Source of the DNA: Candidatus Odinarchaeia archaeon
Lineage (GTDB): Archaea; Asgardarchaeota; Odinarchaeia; Odinarchaeales; Odinarchaeaceae
DNA length: 32,000 bases
Assembly (NCBI GenBank): GCA_029856525.1
Contig: JAHQXC010000003.1
Span: 1-32,000 of the forward strand
Reading direction: 5' to 3'
Part shown: in pieces, positions 9,539 to 17,540 of the stretch
Layout of the letters: every line of letters starts with the position of its first letter
Numbering within the stretch: the stretch's first letter is position 1
Notes under the pieces: generated by a model
What the model was told of the DNA's origin: nothing
Seen by the model: only the letters and a program-made list of their open reading frames with translations
Database searches by the model: none
Program-made: the position numbers and the translations under genes

Positions 9539-10363
9539 TTGATAACGGGAGGGACAAGCGGTTTAGGTAAGGCTACAGCGCTCAGCTTAGCTAAACTCCC
9601 TTCATCTCATATTATAATTTTAGGTCGTGATAGAAACCGTTGTGAAGCAGCTGTATCAGATATTATTCAAGCTACCGGTAACAAGTTAGTTGAATATAGA
9701 TTAGCGGATTTATCTTCTCAGGCAAGTATTAGAAGCTTTGCTTCAAAATTTAGAGACGAGTTAACTCCTATTAATATACTTATAAACAACGCGGGGGTTA
9801 TGTGTCAGAAAAGAATTTTAACAGTAGACGGATACGAGTTAACGTTCGCCGTTAATTATCTGGCTCCTTTTCTTTTAACGAATCTCTTAATAGACTCTTT
9901 AAAAAATAACACACCCGCCCGTATAATAAACGTTGCCTCGGATTTTCACAGTGATCGAATAGACTTTGATAATCTTAACGGTGAAAAAAGCTTCTCTCCT
10001 TTCAAAGCTTATAAGCTCTCTAAGCTTGCTTTAATTATCTTCTCATTTCATCTTTCTAAAAAACTTTTAAATACCGAGATTACAGTTAACTGTTTCCATC
10101 CAGGTTTTCTTAAAACAAATATCAGCCGAGGCTTAAGCGGCGTTTACAAATTCGGATTTAAAACAGCTTCTTTCTTATTCGGCAAAAACCCTGAAAAAGC
10201 TGCATCTGATCTAGTGTATTTAGCAACCTCCCCTGAGTTAAGTAACGTGACTGGTAAATATTTTAAAGGACGTGTTGAAGCTAAACCGGCTGCGGTAGCA
10301 TATGATATTCAAATAGGCGAGAGACTATGGGATTTAAGCTTAAAGCTCACCGGGTTATCTTAA
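9539..10363 (+). CDS. Short-chain dehydrogenase/reductase (retinol dehydrogenase/WWOX-like subgroup)
   Basis: ITGGTSGLG, ILINNAG, GYELTFAVNYLAPFLLT, RIINVAS, catalytic YKLSK, VTGKYF. Start position uncertain (see findings). Confidence 0.9.
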   Translation: MITGGTSGLGKATALSLAKLPSSHIIILGRDRNRCEAAVSDIIQATGNKLVEYRLADLSSQASIRSFASKFRDELTPINILINNAGVMCQKRILTVDGYELTFAVNYLAPFLLTNLLIDSLKNNTPARIINVASDFHSDRIDFDNLNGEKSFSPFKAYKLSKLALIIFSFHLSKKLLNTEITVNCFHPGFLKTNISRGLSGVYKFGFKTASFLFGKNPEKAASDLVYLATSPELSNVTGKYFKGRVEAKPAAVAYDIQIGERLWDLSLKLTGLS

Positions 10364-10421
10364 AAATATTAGCAAGCTTAATATAATCTTCTTTTTCAAA
10401 AATTATAGTTATTAAAGGCTG

Positions 10422-11174
10422 ATGAGTATGATATCTAACCGATTCTATATTAATAAAATCTTAAGTAATATTATAGACGAGGATGTTCACCGGCATCTTA
10501 TAAAGTATAGTAGAGGCGAATTCCCAGGCCCGGATTTGCTTATAAAAATTAAAGGCGGAAAGATCACGGTGAACGCTGATTACGAGTACACTAATTTCAT
10601 AGAGTTTTTATTCATCTCAGAAGTAGATTCAAAGACTTTTAATGTTAAAGGTAAAATCTATGCTTTAAAAGATGTAGCATCTTATCTTAAAGATTTAGGC
10701 GTCTCTTCGATGAAGAAAACGCCGCCGCTTTACTTTACTGATATAAACGGTTTATTTAACAGGGAGATTTTACTTAAAATATTCGATAACGAGTTTATAA
10801 CAGCAGCTTTGTTTAATATTAATCCGGGAGTCGATTTTTACTCTAATATAAAAACAGGGATGCGCATACCTAAACCTAAAATAGAGCGGTCTGAAACACC
10901 CCCATCTTTTATAACTATGAGAGTGGATGTAAACGAGCTTATAGATAAGCCTGCTAATTTTTTAAAACTTTTAATTCCCGATTTACCTGAAGATAAAATA
11001 GACTGTGAGACGATAAAAGTTGAAAACGATTTCACCGTGAATGAACTAATATTCCCTGAAAATAAGGAGAAGATCCCCCCTTCACAGTTAAGATATATGG
11101 TTAAAAAGAAAGGTTACTTGACACGTAGAATCACCGTAGATGATTCTATTATAGAGGGGACATATTATTTTTAG
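10422..11174 (+). CDS. Conserved-looking archaeal hypothetical protein
   Basis: 250 aa. DEDVHRHLIKYSRGEF near the N-terminus and KKKGYLTRRITVD near the C-terminus look like conserved blocks. No function recognised. Confidence 0.8.
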   Translation: MSMISNRFYINKILSNIIDEDVHRHLIKYSRGEFPGPDLLIKIKGGKITVNADYEYTNFIEFLFISEVDSKTFNVKGKIYALKDVASYLKDLGVSSMKKTPPLYFTDINGLFNREILLKIFDNEFITAALFNINPGVDFYSNIKTGMRIPKPKIERSETPPSFITMRVDVNELIDKPANFLKLLIPDLPEDKIDCETIKVENDFTVNELIFPENKEKIPPSQLRYMVKKKGYLTRRITVDDSIIEGTYYF

Positions 11175-11362
11175 TAAAACTATAGTCCGGGTTATATATC
11201 CTCCTATTTAAGTTGAGTGTTTAAACGCATCTCACATGAGACTTGTTGAGAGTATATCACAACGCTTATATTCTAAATTAATCTTCGATAAATAATATAG
11301 GCGCTTATAGTGGATTCCACCAATTTACAGATCGTTCACAATCTTATTTGAGCTGAGATAGT

Positions 11363-12016
11363 ATGATAAACGATAATAAATTTAAAACACCCGGTTTCCA
11401 AACCGGGACAACCACTCTCGGATTAATTTATAATGAAGGTGTTATTTTAGCCAGTGAAAGCCGCGTCTCTGAAGGATATTACGTGGCTAGTAAGACAGGT
11501 AAGAAAGTTTTAATGATAGACGACCATATAGGTATGACTATCGCCGGTTCAGTTGCAGACGCTCAATCGATGGTTGATCAGGCTAGAGCGTTAGCGAAAC
11601 TTTATTTTTATGATAAAGGCAGGAAGATGCCTGTTAAAGCAGCGGCTAAGCTTATATCGAATATTCTATTCGGCCAGCGACCGTTGTATTTAATGACAGC
11701 GCTTCTAATAGGCGGCGTGGACGATGAGGGTCCACATCTTTTCAGTTTAGACTCCGCGGGGTCACTTATACCGGATAAATACACTTCCACAGGATCAGGC
11801 TCAGTGATAGCTTACGGTGTTTTAGAGGACTCTTATAAGGATGGTATGAGTGAACGTGAAGCTGTTGAACTCTCTATAAGAGCTATCTCCGCAGCTAAGA
11901 AGCGTGATGTTTTTTCAGGTAACAAGATAAGCGTGGCTGTAATAGATAAGAAGGGGTTCAGACTGCTTTCAGATGAGGAGATAGAAGCGGTTGAGCGTAA
12001 GCTTTCAAGCCAGTGA
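11363..12016 (+). CDS. psmB: 20S proteasome subunit beta
   Basis: Short propeptide ending in G followed by TTTLG (N-terminal nucleophile Thr), AGSVADAQ, GSGSVIAYGVLE, RDVFSGN. Confidence 0.96.
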   Translation: MINDNKFKTPGFQTGTTTLGLIYNEGVILASESRVSEGYYVASKTGKKVLMIDDHIGMTIAGSVADAQSMVDQARALAKLYFYDKGRKMPVKAAAKLISNILFGQRPLYLMTALLIGGVDDEGPHLFSLDSAGSLIPDKYTSTGSGSVIAYGVLEDSYKDGMSEREAVELSIRAISAAKKRDVFSGNKISVAVIDKKGFRLLSDEEIEAVERKLSSQ

Positions 12017-12018
12017 TT

Positions 12019-12804
12019 TTATTTTCCAATAATATTAATAATGATCTTTCCGTCAAGGTTTTCATCAACTTGTTTAAGCGTAGATATTAAAGCTATAACC
12101 GTGTTTCTTATTATTTTAGCCGGGAATTGTTTCAAAGGCAGTTTAGCACCGTTAACAACTATCTCTATTCTAGAATCTTCTGTGATCACTGGACAGTCGC
12201 TTAGACTTCTCTCCCCTTTATATATTCTTTCAGCCATCTCAAAGCAGCTAAAACCGCATTTTAAACAATCTAATTTAGGGAGCTCTCTGTAAAACTTGTA
12301 AACTGAGTTAAACTCTTCTATATACCGTTCAACTCTCTTAATTAACTCTTCGAATTCTAAGCTCTCCTCCCCGCTCTTATACGAGTAGTATCCTAGTATA
12401 GGCGGTTTTATATCGCTGAAATAATCTTTCAATTGTTCACTGTTAGTGTAACAGATGATTTTAGCTATTCGACTATCTTTTCGAGCGATTTCTGAAAAAC
12501 CCTCTAATATTATAACATCTACGGGTGTGATAATGTTTTTTTCAATATCTTCAATTGAAGCCGGTTCAACCACACTATCCGCGTATATCGTAATCTTCCC
12601 GGCGGAGAATAATATAACAGGACTCGCTCCAGCTTGATGGAATCTATAACTATCGGTTCCTTTATCATCTAATTCAAGTTTATGAGTAGTATGCTTCACA
12701 GCAGCCACTTTTATTTTACGATTAATTAAAGCAGCTATTATTCTCTCAGCTAACCCGGTTTTACCTGTATCTTTTTTCCCTAATATGCATATGACCGGAT
12801 GCAA
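12019..12804 (-). CDS. mobB: Molybdopterin-guanine dinucleotide biosynthesis protein B with C-terminal Fe-S domain
   Basis: P-loop GKKDTGKT, VAAVKH, DDKGTDSYRF, IILEGFS, then LPKLDCLKCGFSC..MA..I...C (4Fe-4S domain). Confidence 0.88.
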   Translation of the reverse strand: MHPVICILGKKDTGKTGLAERIIAALINRKIKVAAVKHTTHKLELDDKGTDSYRFHQAGASPVILFSAGKITIYADSVVEPASIEDIEKNIITPVDVIILEGFSEIARKDSRIAKIICYTNSEQLKDYFSDIKPPILGYYSYKSGEESLEFEELIKRVERYIEEFNSVYKFYRELPKLDCLKCGFSCFEMAERIYKGERSLSDCPVITEDSRIEIVVNGAKLPLKQFPAKIIRNTVIALISTLKQVDENLDGKIIINIIGK

Positions 12805-12957
12805 TTATCTCCCCTTCCATTTTATAATTATTTTATGTTAATCTAAGTTTCATATAAGTTTTAAAATAAGCGGATTCAAATTATATAAATGTTAAAAATC
12901 AAGCTGTAAACTATTAATATATTAGGTTTGAATACGTGAATTGGATGTGGAATTCTC

Positions 12958-13698
12958 ATGTCTATGTTAACTGCAGCTGACGCTTTAAATACGGCTATTA
13001 GTGAAAACGATCCTGTGAAACGTTCTCAAAAATTTTTTGAAGCCTGCCTTCTTTTATTTAAAGCCGGCCGTTTTGATGAAGCGCTGAAATATATATTTAA
13101 TGTAACAGATGCTGAACAATTTATTAATCTCGTCACAGACGAATATTTTAACACGAAGCTTTTTGAAATGAGCATGGTTAAAACGCTTAAAGACCTGCTT
13201 GTAAAAGCTGAAGAGAAAATATCCTCTTTAAATAGTATAAGCGATCAGATTCGCATGAGTTTAAAAATTTCTCTTTCATATTTTCGAATCGGGTTAATCC
13301 CCGAGTCTCATAGGATAGTTGAATTCGTGTTAGAATCTATTAGAAAATATACAGGCGAGGACCGTGATAGCTTACTTTGCATGTTAGTTGATGTGCAATC
13401 TAGAATTAGTGATTTAAAAGAGGCGCGTAAAACTGCAAGTGAAATAAAAAACCGGGTTTTCAAATCTCTAGCGTTATTATATATTGTGAAAGCGTTCTCG
13501 TTTAAAGATCAAACAGATGAAGCTATTCTAGTCGCTAACGAAATAGATGATCCTATTCAAAGATCTAATGCTTTTACATATATAGCGGCTTCCTTGATCA
13601 GGAAGAGGAATATTCATGAAGCTGAGCTTATCGCAGCGCTTATAACTGTTCCAGTTTGGAGGGAGAAAATAAAGCATTGGATTCACGTTTACAGATGA
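12958..13698 (+). CDS. Alpha-helical repeat (TPR/HEAT-like) protein
   Basis: Repeated units such as EARKTASEIKNRVFKSLAL, EAILVANEIDDPIQRSNAF and EAELIAALITVPVWR. Confidence 0.75.
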   Translation: MSMLTAADALNTAISENDPVKRSQKFFEACLLLFKAGRFDEALKYIFNVTDAEQFINLVTDEYFNTKLFEMSMVKTLKDLLVKAEEKISSLNSISDQIRMSLKISLSYFRIGLIPESHRIVEFVLESIRKYTGEDRDSLLCMLVDVQSRISDLKEARKTASEIKNRVFKSLALLYIVKAFSFKDQTDEAILVANEIDDPIQRSNAFTYIAASLIRKRNIHEAELIAALITVPVWREKIKHWIHVYR

Positions 13699-13807
13699 GC
13701 AGGCTTAATTCATCTAATTTTGAAACTCAATCATCTCATATTCGGAGATTTTATAAAAGCTGTTTTTAAGTAAAACTTATTAGATTATAGGATGATAAAT
13801 ATTTTAG

Positions 13808-14239
13808 GTGGTTGTTTTGCCTCAAAGCATGCGTATCCTCCAAAAAAATCTTAAAAACGCTAGAGCTAAGCTAGAAGAGGCTTTTAAAAACATTGTAGAA
13901 AAAGAGAAGATGGCTAATTTTTATAAATACTATGCGAATTATTACTGGGTTAAATCATCTGATATTCAGATCCAACTCTGGTTGAAGGAATTTAATGAGC
14001 TTTTAAACCAGAAATCTTTAGTTAACGATAAAAATACTCTGGCTGATAGAATTAAAAGAGTTGAAAATGATATCGTTCACATACTCTCTAATTTAAAGAA
14101 ATGTGATGAAGAGGCTGTTCAAAAGAACTGGAAGGTTAGATCAAAGTATAAGACTATCCACGATTATATTCGTGAGGTATACGGTAAAGCTGCAGAGCTG
14201 CGGCGTTTACTTAAAAAAGTTAGTGCTAATTTTTTATAG
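13808..14239 (+). CDS. Hypothetical helical/coiled-coil protein
   Basis: 143 aa, K/E/L-rich. SD-like AGGTGG at the start. Overlaps the convergent cupin gene end. Confidence 0.7.
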   Translation: MVVLPQSMRILQKNLKNARAKLEEAFKNIVEKEKMANFYKYYANYYWVKSSDIQIQLWLKEFNELLNQKSLVNDKNTLADRIKRVENDIVHILSNLKKCDEEAVQKNWKVRSKYKTIHDYIREVYGKAAELRRLLKKVSANFL

Positions 14240-14570
14240 GGATTAGGCATAGGAATACTAAGTCTGTTGCTCCTATATTCTTATAATAGTGAGGCTCATT
14301 CGGTGGAATGTAAATAGCTGTATTCTCCTCAACCTGGTAGCTTTCATCACCGTTTTTAACAACACCTCTCCCTTTTAATATGAAGATTTCATGCTCCCAG
14401 TTATGACTATGTAACCCTATCTCCCCTCCAGGTTTGACTGTGAAAAGTCTCATAGCGAAGTTCTCAGCTCCGCAGATCTCCTTGTTTATTAAAACCTTTA
14501 TATAAGTGTCTTTGACACCTTCTTGATTAACTAATTCAGCTTTCACATCTTTAACTTTTTTAATATACAA
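14226..14570 (-). CDS. Cupin-domain protein
   Basis: FAMRLFTVKPGG, cupin metal motif LHSHNWEHEIFILKG, YIPPNEPHYYKN. SD GGAGGT before TTG. Confidence 0.92.
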   Translation of the reverse strand: MYIKKVKDVKAELVNQEGVKDTYIKVLINKEICGAENFAMRLFTVKPGGEIGLHSHNWEHEIFILKGRGVVKNGDESYQVEENTAIYIPPNEPHYYKNIGATDLVFLCLIPIKN

Positions 14571-14651
14571 TTTATTTACCTCCTATTGAAATAAATTTTT
14601 ATATTATCTCTTTATGTATTATACGCTTAAAAACTAATGCGGGGTTGTTTT

Positions 14652-15176
14652 TTGCCGTTTACACTCTTACATTACCCGGTTGCATTCATATTTTACCATA
14701 TTACTAAGAAGCGTCTTAACCTACCTGTTTTAGTCATATCTTCAATGATACCTGACTTGGAGATACCTTTCATGTTTTTATTAACAGGCGGTTTAATCGA
14801 CCGCTTAGTTTTTCATAGTTTAATAGGAGGCCTAGTTTTAGGTATCCCTTTAACTATACTAGTCTTTTACCCTCTTTACAAAATATTTTTCAATAAGATA
14901 GCCGCCGTCTCATTTAAAAAGGAGTCGTATAAGATTTTAGTTTTATCAGCTGCCATAGGTGTTTTATCTCATATAATTTTGGATTCAACCCAGCACCCTT
15001 ATAACCCATTGTTTTGGCCTATCTTATCAGAGTCTTTTAACGATCTCATTTTATTCGGTAATCTGATTATCGCGTCTAATCTTCTATATATGGTTTTCAC
15101 GACCGCCATGTTGCTAATTATCTTATATGCTTTATTGAATAGGAAGGGGTTTTTAACACAAATCTTCATAGAATAA
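14652..15176 (+). CDS. Membrane-bound metal-dependent hydrolase (DUF4184/YdjM-like)
   Basis: PFTLLH, SSMIPDLE, FHSLIG, SHIILDSTQH, NPLFWP. TTG at 14652 gives the typical MPFT start (ORF track starts 14637). Confidence 0.8.
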   Translation: MPFTLLHYPVAFIFYHITKKRLNLPVLVISSMIPDLEIPFMFLLTGGLIDRLVFHSLIGGLVLGIPLTILVFYPLYKIFFNKIAAVSFKKESYKILVLSAAIGVLSHIILDSTQHPYNPLFWPILSESFNDLILFGNLIIASNLLYMVFTTAMLLIILYALLNRKGFLTQIFIE

Positions 15177-15666
15177 TTTTAAAATAAGATATTTTTTGTT
15201 TTCTTCAGATTATCAAGTTCATCTATTGTAAGAAAAACACTGTTTCTTAAAAATCCTGTTACAGGTTTAAACTCTTTTTCATTTCCAGGTTAAACTTGTA
15301 TTCACGCTCTTCAATCTAATCGAATTATTCTTTTAACTTTATCAGCAGGGGGCTTTTTATGAAAACGGGGAGGTCCCTCTCTTTAATAGTAGCCGTATTT
15401 TTTACAATGCTTGTTCGCATTTCATTATACTCAAATTTATTGAAGAGATTAATAGAGATTATATTGTGAAAAACCTTATCTCTAAAAAGTATTTTTAAAA
15501 ATCAGCGTTTACATCTTCTACACTTTAAAAACACTGGATTTGAAGACTCTGAGAAGCCTGTTAAGAGAGAGCCTCTAATCCGCGCTGAGACTGGATCGTA
15601 GACTACATCTCTAATGAAATTTAAAGCTCTCTCCGAAAGGAATAGTGGTTGACTTATAGAAAAAGA

Positions 15667-15674
15667 TTTAAATA
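15667..15674 (+). promoter_or_regulatory. Candidate BRE/TATA promoter of rps7
   Basis: GAAAAAGA-TTTAAATA about 50 nt upstream of the GTG start. Confidence 0.45.
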
Positions 15675-15722
15675 ATATTTATGTGATTATAGCTACGGTT
15701 TTATTTAAACTCTGGTTTAGAA

Positions 15723-16337
15723 GTGGTTGAAGTGAGCGATATAAAACTTTTTAATAAATGGGATTATGATAACCTCCAGGTTAGTGATATAGGCCTTCAA
15801 AGATATATCTCGCTTAAACCTGTTGTGCTTCCGCACACCGGGGGTAGGCATGAGCATAAACGTTTCGGTAAATCTGAGGTTCCTATAGTGGAGAGATTCG
15901 TTAACAGGCTTATAGCGGTTGGTTTAGCTAAAGGTAAAGGCGGTAAGCATATTAAGATGTGTATCGCTACAGGTAAGAAGCAGACTGCTATTAATATTGT
16001 TAAAAACGCTTTTGAAATAATTAATTTAAGAACAGGTAAGAATCCTATTCAAGTTTTAATAGACGCTATTGTTAACTCAGCTCCACGTGAGGATACTACT
16101 AGAATAAGTTATGGTGGTATAGTTTACCATCAATCTGTTGACATGTCTCCTCAGAGGAGAGTGGACATGGCTTTAAGATTTCTCGCTCAAGGTGCTTTAA
16201 AAGCTAGTAAGAAAAATTCTAGTACTATCGAGGAGTGTGTAGCTGAGGAGCTGATAGCTGCTTCCGAGAATAATCCTAAAAGCTATGCTATTAGTAGGAA
16301 GGAGGAGCGTGAGCGGATCGCTGCAGCGGCTAGATAA
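15723..16337 (+). CDS. rps7: 30S ribosomal protein S7 (uS7), archaeal type
   Basis: KLFNKWDY, HTGGRHEHKRFGKSEVPIVERF, GKNPIQVL, APREDTTRISYGG, VDMSPQRRVD, RKEERERIAAAAR. Confidence 0.97.
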   Translation: MVEVSDIKLFNKWDYDNLQVSDIGLQRYISLKPVVLPHTGGRHEHKRFGKSEVPIVERFVNRLIAVGLAKGKGGKHIKMCIATGKKQTAINIVKNAFEIINLRTGKNPIQVLIDAIVNSAPREDTTRISYGGIVYHQSVDMSPQRRVDMALRFLAQGALKASKKNSSTIEECVAEELIAASENNPKSYAISRKEERERIAAAAR

Positions 16338-16359
16338 AATTTTATATAACTTACATTTT

Positions 16360-16665
16360 TCAACTTATATTTTGAGATAACTCGATAAGATCCGCGGCTA
16401 TTCCTTCTCTTTCAATATAAAGTTTTAAATTCTCGAATTTTATCATTTTAGCTTTATAAGCGTCTACTATTATAGCTAGTTTGGTTACCACTCTGCATAT
16501 TTTATTTAACACTATATCGTTTATCACCCGTTTTTTACTATTTACTATCTGCCATATTTTATCGATACGGTTTTGTATTTCATCGGCTTTAAATTTGCCC
16601 TCATCTGTTATAGCTAGTATAGAGCTTATACGCTCAAGCTCTATATTGACGCTCACATCAAACAC
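16360..16665 (-). CDS. Small helical hypothetical protein, paralog of 16947..17258
   Basis: 101 aa. Shares IW..N, I..AY.A..I..E.L and LI..S.NI with the 103-aa ORF. Confidence 0.75.
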   Translation of the reverse strand: MFDVSVNIELERISSILAITDEGKFKADEIQNRIDKIWQIVNSKKRVINDIVLNKICRVVTKLAIIVDAYKAKMIKFENLKLYIEREGIAADLIELSQNIS

Positions 16666-16696
16666 CTATATTTCACGGTTATATTCGATAATAATT

Positions 16697-16933
16697 CTAA
16701 AGATGTATATAAAGCTCGTATTCTTTGCTGTCACTCACCTTCATAAACGCTTTTATCTGATCCTCTGTAATTTTATCTAATAGGGTTAAAAATGTTTTAA
16801 TATATTCTTTATTATAATTTGATTCTTTGAATACTAGTTTGAATCTTTCACTCCCGTATTTATCGACTAATATGTCACCGTTTTGAACATCCTTAAGTAA
16901 CTCGAATATATTATTAAGCTGCTTCTCCCCCAT
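16697..16933 (-). CDS. Small hypothetical protein
   Basis: 78 aa. SD GAGGGG upstream. Middle gene of a compact three-gene run. Confidence 0.7.
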   Translation of the reverse strand: MGEKQLNNIFELLKDVQNGDILVDKYGSERFKLVFKESNYNKEYIKTFLTLLDKITEDQIKAFMKVSDSKEYELYIHL

Positions 16934-16946
16934 CTCCGAAACCCCT

Positions 16947-17258
16947 CTAATTTATATTATAAGAATAATCTATTAGTTCGCTGACCGCCTTAATTTTTAA
17001 GATGTTTACGATAAGCTCCTCTTTTGTTATTGCACCTGCCAGATAGGCTTCTATAGCGATTGACATGTTGACTATGATCTCTGTTATCTGCTTTGTTTCA
17101 AATGACTGAAGCTGGTTTAAATATTTCCATATATTGTTTAATTCTTCGTATACTCTTCTGGTTTCATCGTGTGATTGTTTTATTATAAGCTCCTTTGTCT
17201 TATACGCGATGTTCATGATTTTTTCTTTTACATCTTCTGCTGCTGTTAACTGGTTCAT
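16947..17258 (-). CDS. Small helical hypothetical protein, paralog of 16360..16665
   Basis: 103 aa. Strong SD AGGAGGAG upstream. Confidence 0.78.
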   Translation of the reverse strand: MNQLTAAEDVKEKIMNIAYKTKELIIKQSHDETRRVYEELNNIWKYLNQLQSFETKQITEIIVNMSIAIEAYLAGAITKEELIVNILKIKAVSELIDYSYNIN

Positions 17259-17540
17259 TCTTCTTCTCCTCCTATCAGTGTAAATAGGCTTTTTTTATTC
17301 CTTTTTAAACACTTCTGTTCGTTTAAAGAATTATTATAAAATAAGCTTAAACTTGTTCATAAATTTTTTTATACATTTTTAAATGCTTTTTTTATTTTTA
17401 AACTGTTTTTTATCGTTTTATTTTATGGGAATATGCTTTAATTCTCTTATTTTATGTTTATTTTAAATATTATCGGAATCTTTATATCGAACAATTGCAC
17501 AATTTTTATTAGAATTATTATATTTTTTTTCGGTGCCGTT

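Noticed and set aside
7065-12637. ORFs 7065..7313, 7428..7676, 8965..9156, 10838..11035, 11608..11790, 12041..12292, 12455..12637
   Set aside because: They overlap stronger ORFs and their composition is typical of shadow frames.
15583-15600. TPP riboswitch (GCUGAGA motif)
   Set aside because: The downstream ACCUGAU...UAAU...GCGUAGG elements are absent and no thiamine gene is adjacent.
17454-17540. N-terminal extension of the regulator (MFILNIIGIFIS...FFFGAV) as a signal or TM segment
   Set aside because: It is translation of a T-rich promoter region. The ATG at 17541 has an SD-like motif and gives a normal soluble N-terminus.
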